Below, in pieces: positions 9,800 to 20,095 of a DNA stretch of 64,000 nucleotides. The stretch is from Phycisphaerae bacterium (GTDB lineage: Bacteria > Planctomycetota > Phycisphaerae > UBA1845): NCBI GenBank assembly GCA_963666835.2, contig CAXXGO010000001.1:1952001-2016000 (forward strand). The letters run 5' to 3'. The translations under genes were made by a program, and so were the position numbers. The stretch's first letter is position 1, and each line of letters opens with the position of its first letter. Below the pieces are notes generated by a model, which was not told the origin of the DNA, did no database searches, and saw only the letters and a list, made by a program, of their open reading frames with translations.

Positions 9800-12700
9800 A
9801 TGAGCGCGTTGTTACCCCGGTTAACGAGCAAGTGCTGTACGTGTTGGTGGCCCGTTGCGGCCCTTGTGGCTGTTGCGGGCCTTTCCCTGCCGGCCGTCGG
9901 CGCGGATCGTGTCGTGCTCTGCGAAGAATTCACGGCCACTACGTGAGGGTATTGTTCTACCGCGGGTACCGCGTTAGGCATGATGTTGAACAACTATCCC
10001 GACACGTTCACGGCCGTTCAGATCCACCCCTTCAGCGACGGCTACAACACCGCTTGGAGTGCCGCACGCGGCACGTTCTACGGCGTTGGCGGCACGCCCA
10101 GCGCCCGATTCGACGGCGTGCTTACGTGCCACGGAGCTCAACCGAGTGTGGGCCAACAATACACTTGGTTCCTCGACCAATACAACGCTCGGCAGGCCGT
10201 GCCGACTGACGTGACCATCGAACTCTGCGGCGTCGAGGATAGCGCCCCTACGTTCGACGTCACCGCACGAGTGTGCATCGAGCCCGGTGGAACCGGCAAG
10301 ACCATGCGCATTCACATGGTCCAGGTTCTGGACAACTGGCCCAACCCGCCGACGTATTCGCGGTACACGCAGGTGCTGGCCAACAACGCTCCGGACATCA
10401 CCCTCGGCGCCGGCGAGTGCGCCGAGGTCGAAACGAGTTTTACGTTCGATTCGGCGAGCTGGTCCAACCAGGAAGATATCAAGATTGTCGCCTGGGCGCA
10501 GGATACGCTGTCGTCCGGCCCTTCCGAGGTCTACCAGGCCGCCCAGATGCACTGGCCCTTCGAGGCGTGCGCCCTCGAGCTGGAGTGGGTCGACGTGGGC
10601 GATGCGGGGAACACCGGGGAGCTTTCGGGGGCAGGTGCCGGTGGTGCCGGCCCGGACCGCATCTGCGGCGCGGTTGACTATGAGTACCGCATCGGGATGT
10701 TCGAGGTGACGAACGAGGAGTACCTCGACTTCCTCCAGATGGTCGCCAGCGAGGATACGAACGGCCTCTACAACGCGGGCATGTCCGGCACGGACGGCGG
10801 GATTGTCCAGGAGGGGAGTTCGCCCAACTACACGTACCGGATCAAGGACGACACCTGGCTCCGTAAGCCGGTCAACTATGTCAACTTCTACGACGCTCTT
10901 CGCTTCGCTAACTGGATGCACAACGGGCAGCCGGAGGGGGCGCAGGACGCCTCGACCACCGAGGACGGGGCGTATGACATGTCCCTCGGCGCCGCTGTGG
11001 TTCGCAAGCCTGGCGCTCTGTTCTTCTTAACGAGTGAAGACGAGTGGTACAAAGCGGCTTACTACAAGAGTGGGGGGACCGGTGCGGGGTATTGGGATTA
11101 TCCGACAGCGTGGGACACGGCCCCGACGTGCGAGGTGCCGCCTGGCACCGATGCGGTTAACGGATCGGCCAACTGCGACGATGCCGTCGGGGGTCTCACG
11201 GATGTTGGTGCCTATAACTTCAAGCCTTCCGTCAGTGCGTACGGCACTTTCGACCAGGCGGGCAACGTCTGGGAGTGGACCGAAGAGGACCTTAACGGCG
11301 ATGGTTCGAGGCGCGTGATTCGCGGGGCGTCATTCTACGCCCCGAGCGGCAGCGCCCAGATGCACGCGGCACACCGGGACTCCATCGTTCCCGGCGACTA
11401 CTTTAATATCGGCTTCCGCCTTGCCAGTTTTGCCGACTGTGACGAGAACGGCATTCCGGACCTTTGCGACTTCGACTGCTCCGCGGTTGAAGGTGTGTTC
11501 TGCGATGTTGCCGGTTGTGGGCTTGGAACGGACTGCAACGGTAACGGGTATCTCGATGTGTGCGATATTCTCGAGTGCCCGGAGGCTGATCCGGCCTGTG
11601 CGGACTGCAACGGTAACAGCTTCCCCGACGAGTGCGATCTGGATCCAAGCGATCCGGATGGCAACGGGCAAGTAAGCCCGGACTGCGACTCCAACCTTGT
11701 GCCGGATGAGTGTCAGCCGGACTGCGACGGTGATGACACCCCGGACGTCTGCGAACTCTGCCCGTTCGGGTCGAGTATGGACTGCAATCTGAACGACATC
11801 CCGGACGAGTGCGACATCGCCGACGGGTTCAGCGAAGATTGCCAGGCCAACGGCCGGCCGGACGAGTGCGATGTGTACGCCGGCGCCGGGATGACCGACC
11901 CGGCTTCGTGGAATACGTACGACGCCGGGGCGAATGGCGTTGGCGTCGATCCGGACGGATACCGCGGCGCGATCTACGACGGTACGCGGCATGTGTACTT
12001 CGTGCCGTCCCGCAACGAGGTGGGCCAGCCGCACGCGGAGGTCCTTCGCTACAACACCTCCCTCGGATCGTTCGATAATCCGGCGTCCTGGACCTCGTAC
12101 GAGCCGACGGGCACGATAGGCGATTTTGCCGGGGGCGCCTTCGACGGCCAGTACGTCTACTTCGCTCCGGCAGGGCACGGCTCGTACGCTCAGATCCTGC
12201 GCTACGATACCCAAAGCGCCTTCGACAACCCGGCGGCTTGGGAGACATGCCAACCGGCCGGGACCGACGGCGGTTACAGCGGCGCCGTGTTCGCCGGGGA
12301 CCACGTGTACTTCGTGCCCTACGATACGACAGGCGGCGCGAATAGCACGGTTCTGCGCTTCGACACGCAAACCGGCGGAGGTTTCTGCGATGCCGGATCG
12401 TGGGAGACGTACGACCCCGGCACCGCCGGCATGTACCGCGGCGGTGCTTCCGACGGCCGCTATTTGTATCTCGCCGGGCACGGCGGATCTACGGCGGGAA
12501 CCGTCCACGGCGAAATGCTCCAGTACGACATGCAGGGCGCTTTTGACGATGCCGCATCGTGGGTGACGTTCGACACGGTGGCCGATCCCGACCTGCAGGC
12601 CAAGGGTGGATACACGGGCGTAGTGCAGGCCGGCCGGTTCATCTACTTCATTCCGGACATGGACAACACCGGGGCGTATCACGGACAGGTGCTGCGGTTC

Positions 12701-13756
12701 GATACTGCTGCCGGGCAGTGGTTCGACGATGAGTTCTTCTGGCGGAAGTTCGAGTTCGCGGTCGCTGACGAGTGCGACCCGTGCATGGATTGCAACAACC
12801 CCGTAGGGTACGACGGCGCCGTCTATGATGGCCAGCAGTTCGTCTATTTCGTCCCGCATCATCGTGGCGGAGCTCAACCCCACGGTGAGGTGCTGCGGCT
12901 CGACACGGCCGGGGAGTTCAACGATGCGTCATCGTGGGCAACGTACGACTATGGCATTAGCAGCGAGTGCGCGGCTGATCCGGGTTGCGTTGATCCGGAT
13001 GGTTACTCGGGTGCGGCAACCGACGGGCGTTACGTCTACTTCTCTCCGTTAGAGAACGAGCCCGGGGCGTATCACGGTGAGGTTCTCCGGCTCGATACGA
13101 TGGTGGGATGGTCGAGAGATTGCGACGACGGCGGGATTCCGGACGAGTGCGAAATTGTTGCACCAGCGAGGGTCGTCGATGATGTGGCGAAGAATCGCTA
13201 TCTCTCGTTTGACCCGGAAAACGACGGCTTGTGTACCGGATTCCAGGTGGCGGTGACCTCCAGCGTTTTGTTCCCAACCTGTTCGGGGATCGTGGGCTGG
13301 GTCGGTGAGCCGTTCGAGGCGGAGCCCGGCGTCTGGGTGGCACGCGTAACCGATGAGCCGTACTTCGGTGGCGATTGGCCGGCAGAGGTCCATATTGCCG
13401 ACTGCGAAATAGCACCGGCGACAGCGTACGAGGTTCGGGCCTCGGCGGATGGTATCGGGTTCTCTGCGCCGCTGGCGGTGAGCACGATTGACCTGCCGGC
13501 TCCGAAGTACTGGTGCGATGTCGTTGGCGATTTCATTGAAGGAGCATGGACCGCCCCGCAAGGGACGGTCAACATGAGCGACATCATGGCGGTGTTGCAG
13601 AAGTTTTCTTCAGCGCCGGGCGCTCCGCCACTGCCTTGGATGGATCTGGACCCTGAGGTGCCCAACACGATCGTGAATATGACCGATGTTCAGCGTGCGG
13701 TGGAGTGCTTCAAGGGCGGGTATTATCCGTTCAGCGATCCCTGCGCTTGCCCGTAG
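9800..13756 (+). CDS. Putative secreted selenoprotein: Omp28/thioredoxin-like domain (UGYC), FGE-sulfatase-like domain, Cys/Asp-rich repeats, 7-repeat beta-propeller, dockerin-like C-terminus
   Basis: ATG 9800 with AGGAGG RBS and a signal peptide. TGA 9944-9946 is in frame with ORF 9980-13756 and gives EEFTATT-U-GYC, aligning with Omp28-type EEFTATWCxxC. Hairpin directly downstream. Confidence 0.82.
9947..9980 (+). promoter_or_regulatory. Candidate bacterial SECIS element
   Basis: CTA-C-CGCG(G)-GTA-(C)CGCG-T-TAG hairpin with a G-containing apical loop about 18 nt after the in-frame TGA. Confidence 0.6.
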
Positions 13757-13759
13757 CAG

Positions 13760-14255
13760 GTAGGGCAGGGCGCCGACCTGCCTTTAGCGTTCGGGTTGAT
13801 GTGGATGTCGGGGTCGCATGAAGTCCCGTAGGGCATGGTCGAGGTACGAGACCTGCCACAAACGGTGCGTGTCCTGCAGAGGTTGCGGCAGCAGGCCGTC
13901 GATCTGCCTGTGTGGTTTGGGTTGATATCGACGTCGGGCTCGCATGGAGATTGCGTTGAAGGCGGGTTGATCATCTGGTCTACCGCGATTGATTTCGGAT
14001 TAGGGGGAGGAGTTCTCGGATACCGGGGCTCCTCCCCCGCGTGTTATACCGATCTTGCGGTGCATCCACCGACCGCTGCAGGTAGGGCATGGTCGAGGTA
14101 CGAGACCTGCCACAAGCGGTACGCGCCGGGTGCCATGGTCCACGCTTGCGTGGCCATGAAGACCTGTGGGGTCGTAGGTCGAGGACCAAGGCCTGTCACA
14201 ATAGCGCGTGTTGCGCGTAGATCGCGGCAGGTCTCGTTCCTCGACGCTGCCCTAC
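13760..14255. repeat. Cluster of REP-like palindromes, family B (GTAGGGCA...CGAGACCTGCC), plus a degenerate ~55-bp direct repeat and a GC hairpin
   Basis: GTAGGGCATGGTCGAGGTACGAGACCTGCC identical at 13828-13857 and 14082-14111; inverted variant 14226-14255; short variant at 13760; hairpin 14003-14038. Confidence 0.8.
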
Positions 14256-14311
14256 GGAGATGGTTCGTCGTGGGCGTCCTCCACGGCTGAGTTCCGGAAG
14301 GGAAGCCGGCT

Positions 14312-15283
14312 CTATTGCCCCGCGGTCGCGTACTGCTGCTCCTTGCGCATGGAATTGAGGATGTCGAGGTTCTTGCGGGCTCCTTCATTGTCCGGCAGGA
14401 TGGCCAAGACCTTCTCCAGTTGTTCGGCCGCCAGATCTATCTCCCCCAGACGCGATAACGCCAGGGCGAGGTGGTTATGCGTCTTCGCCAGTTCGGTGTT
14501 GCCGACCTGCATCCCGCGTATCGTGTCCAAATCGTAGCGGGCGAGGTCCTCGGGACGCAGTTCCTTGCTCAACAACTGTTCAATGGCCGCGACGTGTTCA
14601 GGCTCGTCCTCGAAAATGTCGAGACTTTGCTGCAGAGCCGCGCGATAGGTGAGCGTAAGATCGGTCTCGCTGGCAACGGCCATCTCCAACGCCGCCCGGG
14701 CATCTTCGTACCGTTCATGCTCGAGGTGAAGGAGCCCGATCTTGAAGTATATCTCGCCCCGGCTTACGGTCTCTCCGGCGCTTTGTTGGTAATACGCAAT
14801 CGCCTCGTCGGTATTCCCTTGCCGGGCGGCGGCATCGGCGAGGTTAAGGTAGATGAACTCGCGCTCGCTCCGCTTGGTTTCGCTTTGCAGGATCTCTTTG
14901 AGGATCTGAGTGCCCTTCGCGTCGTTGCCTGACTTGATCCACGCGTGAGCCATATTCATGCGGAGAGCGGTGCGGTCGGGTTCAATCTTCAACGCCTCGC
15001 GGTACAGGGCGATGGCCGTGGCGTATTCACCTTCCTGCAGCATGTCGTCGGCCCGGCTCTTGTAGGACGTGGCCTCGACGTGCCGCCCCGACCGGCCCAG
15101 GTCCTGCAGCCACTTCGGGTTAATGAAGGTGAGCCCGCCGAACACCATGAGAAACAACCAGATGGCGATCAGACCTGCGGTGACGACGGTCTGTCCCCGA
15201 GAGGGGGACGCCGCCGGTGCAACTGGTCGACCCTTTCGCCGAGTCCTGCGCTTAGCAGGTGTTATGAAGAACAAAGAGGACAT
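14312..15283 (-). CDS. Membrane-anchored tetratricopeptide repeat protein
   Basis: One N-terminal TM and several TPR motifs (AIALYREALKIEP; HNHLALALSRLGEIDLAAEQLEKVLAILP). Confidence 0.85.
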   Translation of the reverse strand: MSSLFFITPAKRRTRRKGRPVAPAASPSRGQTVVTAGLIAIWLFLMVFGGLTFINPKWLQDLGRSGRHVEATSYKSRADDMLQEGEYATAIALYREALKIEPDRTALRMNMAHAWIKSGNDAKGTQILKEILQSETKRSEREFIYLNLADAAARQGNTDEAIAYYQQSAGETVSRGEIYFKIGLLHLEHERYEDARAALEMAVASETDLTLTYRAALQQSLDIFEDEPEHVAAIEQLLSKELRPEDLARYDLDTIRGMQVGNTELAKTHNHLALALSRLGEIDLAAEQLEKVLAILPDNEGARKNLDILNSMRKEQQYATAGQ

Positions 15284-16508
15284 CCTTTTGCTCGCTCTTG
15301 AGTTTGTTGAACAGCCGGCACGCCTCGGCGTTCTTAAGAATGATCACCTGCGTGCCGTCCTTGGTGTACGGGTTGTACAGGAACTGGCTCACCGTCTGCT
15401 GGGGGAATCCGCCGCCGCCTTCTCCGTGATCGCCGCTCCCGATCAGGATTATGTCAGCCTCTTGCTGGAGAAAGAAAGCGCGCGAGCGCATGAAGAACTT
15501 GCTCTTCTTGGGGGCGGGGCGGAAGGTCCCGTCCGGAAAGATGAGCAGGTCGAAGAAGTACATCGGCACGCCCTTGTAGACCGTCAGGCCTGACCCGGTG
15601 TACACGATGTGCTCCGCGCGGTGCTTGATGAAGAAGTACGATTGAGCGGCGACCGCGCCGATTACGATCGTGGCGATGGCATACCTCGCCGGCCGGAACT
15701 GGCTGAGGTGCAGGACCGCAAAGAACGCCGCGAACCCGCCGAACGTCAGCAACACGACCACGCCCCAGTCCTTGCGTTCGGGCAGCAGCGAAGAGAAGAT
15801 CAGAAGTGACATGGCAAAGGCAGTAATCAGGGTCAAAAGACTCAGCGGATTCTCGAAGTAACCGCGCAGATGGCGACTGCGCAGCCAACCGGCCTGGGTC
15901 AACAGAGTATCCGTGCGGCTCTCCCCGACCATAATCAACACGAGCCCCATCACCGTTCCCCACGTGTCCTTGGCGATGTCGCCCATCTCGAAGCTGCGGT
16001 TACTGATCCACAACTGTACGGTTTCGTCGAAGGCCGAAAACGAAACCGCCAATATAAAAGTCATCAGGGTGAAACGGCCGGCGGATACCCCGCGCGGGTG
16101 CAGGTCCCGGTACATCATAAGCGCGAACGTCGCGTAGGCTAAGTAGTGCCAGTTCTGTTGCAGGTCATAGAAGACGTGCCCGAAGTAATAGTCGGCGATC
16201 TGCTGGGCGAAGGCGTCCATTAGGATGACGAGGACGACCGCCGCGATTCGCATCCGGGTGAGTTGGCGGCGGAATACGATCAGCGCGACGGCGGCCACAA
16301 CGACCGCGGCCACCGGGACAAACGCGATCTCTGTTCCACCGACCGTGAAGCTGAATCGCGAGAGCTTCGCGATAGCCGGCTGGAGAAAATTGCGCAGCAA
16401 AAGAAAGGGCGTTGCCACGAGCAGCATGCTGTATAGCACAACATGCAGACGCGTAGAATGCACCCAATGCGCTGGCGCTGCCACATTGCGCGTACGTCTT
16501 CCGGACAT
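15252..16508 (-). CDS. VanZ-like membrane domain fused to a C-terminal Mth938-like domain
   Basis: VanZ-like WHYLAYA...FDETVQ...R.FE.GDI; about 9 TMs; C-terminal IILIGSG...EAC..FN.L...FVLHNTC resembling Mth938/AAMDC. Confidence 0.7.
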   Translation of the reverse strand: MSGRRTRNVAAPAHWVHSTRLHVVLYSMLLVATPFLLLRNFLQPAIAKLSRFSFTVGGTEIAFVPVAAVVVAAVALIVFRRQLTRMRIAAVVLVILMDAFAQQIADYYFGHVFYDLQQNWHYLAYATFALMMYRDLHPRGVSAGRFTLMTFILAVSFSAFDETVQLWISNRSFEMGDIAKDTWGTVMGLVLIMVGESRTDTLLTQAGWLRSRHLRGYFENPLSLLTLITAFAMSLLIFSSLLPERKDWGVVVLLTFGGFAAFFAVLHLSQFRPARYAIATIVIGAVAAQSYFFIKHRAEHIVYTGSGLTVYKGVPMYFFDLLIFPDGTFRPAPKKSKFFMRSRAFFLQQEADIILIGSGDHGEGGGGFPQQTVSQFLYNPYTKDGTQVIILKNAEACRLFNKLKSEQKDVLFVLHNTC

Positions 16509-17089
16509 CGTTCTGTCGGGCGGCGCGGAAAGGCTTTACGCCGCTTCGGCGGTTTATCTCATCCGCTGCGGTAATATGAGAAGCAATCTCACGGACATCC
16601 CTCCGCCGACGGAATGCCGACCGCATACATGTTTGGAGGGTTCTTCGAAGCGGTTTTGCGATCTGCACGCTCGCGCCGGAGCGGAAGGCGACAGTCCTGC
16701 GCCTGCTCCTCAAGCGAGCCATTGCCTGCCGCGATCCTCTCCGATCAGGCACCCGCCGGCCGCACGGCTACGAACGCGCCTTGCGACAGGATCCACCTTA
16801 AGCCCATCCGGGCGGAGAATCAAGAAGTTTGTGGCGGCGGCGTTGCAGATGTGCCACGTGCCCGAGCAGTAGTCAGCAGCTACCGCAAAAACGGCTACCA
16901 CGATGAAGTATGGCGGTGAAGCGTCAGTACAAGGATTGGGTTCGCGAGAGCTGAGAGACCGGGTTGCGGTCGAACCGAAGGGGGTGCTCGAACACTATGG
17001 TAAGGTGGCAAGGGGGGAGTCTGTCATCAAATGCCGTGGAGATGGCATGGTAGATTGCTGCGTCGGGGCGGCCGCGGGGGCGATGGTCG

Positions 17090-18259
17090 CTAACCCAGGG
17101 GAAGCTGGAAGTCACCGACGTAACCACGTTGTTGGCAATACGCGAACAGCTCGTCGGTAGTGCGAAAGACCCGCGTGGCGGTCTCGGTGATGAACGGGGA
17201 CGGTTCGCAGTCCGGACGCCAGATTACGAACACCTCCTTGGTGCTCTCAAACGCATGCTGGAGTTCACGTTCCACCCCCGATGACAGCAGTGGACGCCCG
17301 TCCGGCAAGGCGGGGATGTAGCTCACAATCATGTCTGACTGATCGATGAGCTTGAAGTCGCGGGCGTAGATCTGGGCGTCAACGTTCCGCGCGATGCGGG
17401 CGACTTCCCCAACGTTGAAGGTCACCAGGCGCCCGTTGGTCTCAATCTCAACATGATCCTCGCCTTGTTGCGTGGCCTCGCCGGCGCTATGGAGCAGAGC
17501 TTTCTCGTCCAGGTCGGCCGGATCGAAGGTGATGAAGTGCTCGGCCAGCAGATCGCGAAAATGCTCGATCTCGGCCAGCACGGCGGGCATGTCCAGAACG
17601 TGCGTCATCGGGAATGAGGGGTAGACCCGTTTGCGGTCAGCCTCAAACATCAGCCGGTATAACGACTGGGCCGCAAGCTGGGGATTGCCGATCGACATGA
17701 CGAACGCGTGGCCATACCCGGCAACCGCTTCCGCCATGGCCTCGGTTACCACGATTTCTTCTTCCCGCCATACAAGGATGTCCTTGAGCGTGTGCCGCAG
17801 CTCGTGCTCGCGTTCCAGCCGTTCATGGACCGCGTCCACGTTGTCCACGAGAGTTACGTACACGTCAGCATCGAGGGCGACCATCTGGTTGTGGTCGTAC
17901 GCATGGAACAGGCCGTGTTTCCAGCGGAAGGTCGCGTGAGTGTTGACGATCAGATTGACGCCGGTTGCCGCGGTTGCCAGGATGTCCTTGAAGACGCTCT
18001 TCCGCAGAGCGGTCAGACGCTGCTTCGGCAGGTCCAGGATACGCCCCGGGACAACGTCCGGAGCCTCGGCGTACATCCGCTCCCCGACGTTAGCCAGCTC
18101 GACTTTGTGGCCGTTTGCGCGGGCGAGCTGCACGGCTTGTTCAAGAAAGGGCTTTTTGTCCAGACCGACCTGTCCGGTGACGATGACCCGGACTCCGGTG
18201 TGGCGCCGGTGCCTCTGTCGATGGAATAATGAACGCGCGGACGGTCCTTCGTCACTCAT
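17090..18259 (-). CDS. Archaeal-type adenylate-kinase-like P-loop domain fused to a nucleoside 2-deoxyribosyltransferase-like domain
   Basis: VIVTGQVGLDK (deviant P-loop), IVNTHA; C-terminal RDFKLIDQSDMIVSY...SSGVERELQHA...KEVFVI. Start uncertain. Confidence 0.65.
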   Translation of the reverse strand: MSDEGPSARSLFHRQRHRRHTGVRVIVTGQVGLDKKPFLEQAVQLARANGHKVELANVGERMYAEAPDVVPGRILDLPKQRLTALRKSVFKDILATAATGVNLIVNTHATFRWKHGLFHAYDHNQMVALDADVYVTLVDNVDAVHERLEREHELRHTLKDILVWREEEIVVTEAMAEAVAGYGHAFVMSIGNPQLAAQSLYRLMFEADRKRVYPSFPMTHVLDMPAVLAEIEHFRDLLAEHFITFDPADLDEKALLHSAGEATQQGEDHVEIETNGRLVTFNVGEVARIARNVDAQIYARDFKLIDQSDMIVSYIPALPDGRPLLSSGVERELQHAFESTKEVFVIWRPDCEPSPFITETATRVFRTTDELFAYCQQRGYVGDFQLPLG

Positions 18260-18281
18260 GGTGCATTTCGCAGAAGCGGAA

Positions 18282-18836
18282 CTAGAAGTCGGCAGGGTCG
18301 CCGAACTCCATTACCCAATAGATCGAGTGCTCGCCGCCGTTGCGGACGGCCACCCCTAGTTCGCGCCACTTGGGATCGAGGATAATCTCCCGGTGGGACG
18401 GGCTGTCCATCCAGACCCTCATGACATCGGCCGCGGTCTCCTGCCCGGCGGCCAGGTTCTCTCCGACGGAGTAGAACGTGTACTTCCCGGCCATCGCCCG
18501 CTCACCCGGACCGTGGCCGGTGACGGGATCCAGATGTCCGAAGAACCCCTCTTCGATCATGATGCAGGCGTAGTCGGACGCGACCTTCTGAAGGGTACTG
18601 CTGAACACGACCGGAGGCAGTTCTTCGCCGGCCCGCTCAAGATTTACCAACTGCAGAACCTGGTCCGATAGACGATCCGCCTCCTCCGGCTCGATGCACT
18701 TGGCGACCTCAGAGGAAAGACCGTTATCATCCGCTTCCGCGGGAAGCTGGTCCCCGGAAAAACATCCGGTAACCATCGCCGGCAGAAACAGGAACGGCAA
18801 CAGAGCTTTCTTGGATCGTCCTCTTCGCACGATCAT
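18282..18836 (-). CDS. CAP (SCP-like) domain lipoprotein
   Basis: LVNLERA, FFGH, GENLAAG, WMDSPSHREIIL, YWVMEFG; lipobox VTGC. Start reassigned to ATG 18836. Confidence 0.88.
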   Translation of the reverse strand: MIVRRGRSKKALLPFLFLPAMVTGCFSGDQLPAEADDNGLSSEVAKCIEPEEADRLSDQVLQLVNLERAGEELPPVVFSSTLQKVASDYACIMIEEGFFGHLDPVTGHGPGERAMAGKYTFYSVGENLAAGQETAADVMRVWMDSPSHREIILDPKWRELGVAVRNGGEHSIYWVMEFGDPADF

Positions 18837-19172
18837 CCTCGGCTTCTTGGGGCAGCGCCCACCGCGCCACATCACCCATTCTATCGCGGTGCTTGCGCCC
18901 GAACAACCCGGAAACCGTCGCAAGCAAGTCACGCGGACTGGAATCCTGTGTGGCTGAAATCTCCCGCACGCCGTTGGCCGGGTGTCACGCAACGACGCTG
19001 TTGATATCGTCGAAGTTGCCGGGTCTCCTTAGGCGGTCTTGCGCCCGCCAGCCGCATGGGGCCTTGCACGGCGTGCTTGCAGCAATGTCGCGGTGCGAGT
19101 TTAATGGCCTCGGTCGGGAGACCGGCGACAAGTTGCAGTTCGAACCTCGGGTCTTTTCAAGTAGTGAAGCAG

Positions 19173-20015
19173 ATGAATAACAGACACCTGACCCTAGGGC
19201 ATAGCCCGGATCCGGATGACGCATTCATGTTCTTCGCCCTGGCTCGCGGGCTGATCGACTCCGCAGGGTGGACTTTCGAGCATGTTCTTCAAGACATTCA
19301 GACCTTGAACGAGCGAGCCCTCCGGGGGGAACTGGACATTACGGCCATCAGCATCCACGCGTACCCGCGCGTGGCCGACAAGTACGCCCTGACCAATTGC
19401 GGGTCGAGCATGGGTGACGGATACGGTCCGATGCTGGTGACGCGCGAACCGATGGCAATCGAGGATCTTCGCGGACGGCACATTGCCGTACCGGGCGAGA
19501 TGACCACGGCGTTTTTGGCGTTGAACCTGCTTCTGGGCAAGGGAGAGTTCCGACACACCGTGGTGATGTTCGACGAGATCATCGACTTCGTAGCCGATGG
19601 GAAAGCCGACGCCGGGCTGATCATCCACGAGGGGCAACTTACGTATCAGAATCGGCGTCTGCACAAGGTCGTGGATTTCGGAGAGTGGTGGAAGGGGACG
19701 ACCGGATTGCCCTTGCCGCTGGGCGGCAATTGCATCCGCCGAGACCTCGGGGCCGAGGCGATGACCGAGGTGGCCGGGATTCTCAAACGCAGTATCGAAT
19801 ACAGCCTCACCCATCGGGATGAGGCGGTTGATTACGCTCTGGAATACGCGCGCGATATGGGCAAGGACCTCGCCGATCGGTTCGTGGGCATGTACGTCAA
19901 CGCCTGGACGATCGACTACGGCGACGAAGGGCGGCAGGCGGTGCGCGATCTCTTGCGACGTGGATACGACGCCGGGCTGGTGCCCGCGGTCGGGGATATT
20001 GACTTCGTTGGGTAG
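19173..20015 (+). CDS. mqnD: 1,4-dihydroxy-6-naphthoate synthase (futalosine menaquinone pathway)
   Basis: LGHSPDPDDAFMF, SMGDGYGP, IIHEGQLTY, LPLPLGGN, MYVN motifs. Confidence 0.93.
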   Translation: MNNRHLTLGHSPDPDDAFMFFALARGLIDSAGWTFEHVLQDIQTLNERALRGELDITAISIHAYPRVADKYALTNCGSSMGDGYGPMLVTREPMAIEDLRGRHIAVPGEMTTAFLALNLLLGKGEFRHTVVMFDEIIDFVADGKADAGLIIHEGQLTYQNRRLHKVVDFGEWWKGTTGLPLPLGGNCIRRDLGAEAMTEVAGILKRSIEYSLTHRDEAVDYALEYARDMGKDLADRFVGMYVNAWTIDYGDEGRQAVRDLLRRGYDAGLVPAVGDIDFVG

Positions 20016-20095
20016 GGAAGTGTCGGGGACGGCGCGATTAGGGTTAGAGTAACCGATACGCAAGCCCGCTCCGCCACTTCAAGGAGAAGGAAACC

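Noticed and set aside
9944..9946. Genome-wide TGA reassignment (Trp or Gly) as the explanation for the in-frame TGA
   Set aside because: Several genes end at TGA at their expected C-termini (e.g. 24608, 46821, 48390), no other recognised gene contains an internal TGA, and this codon aligns with Cys.
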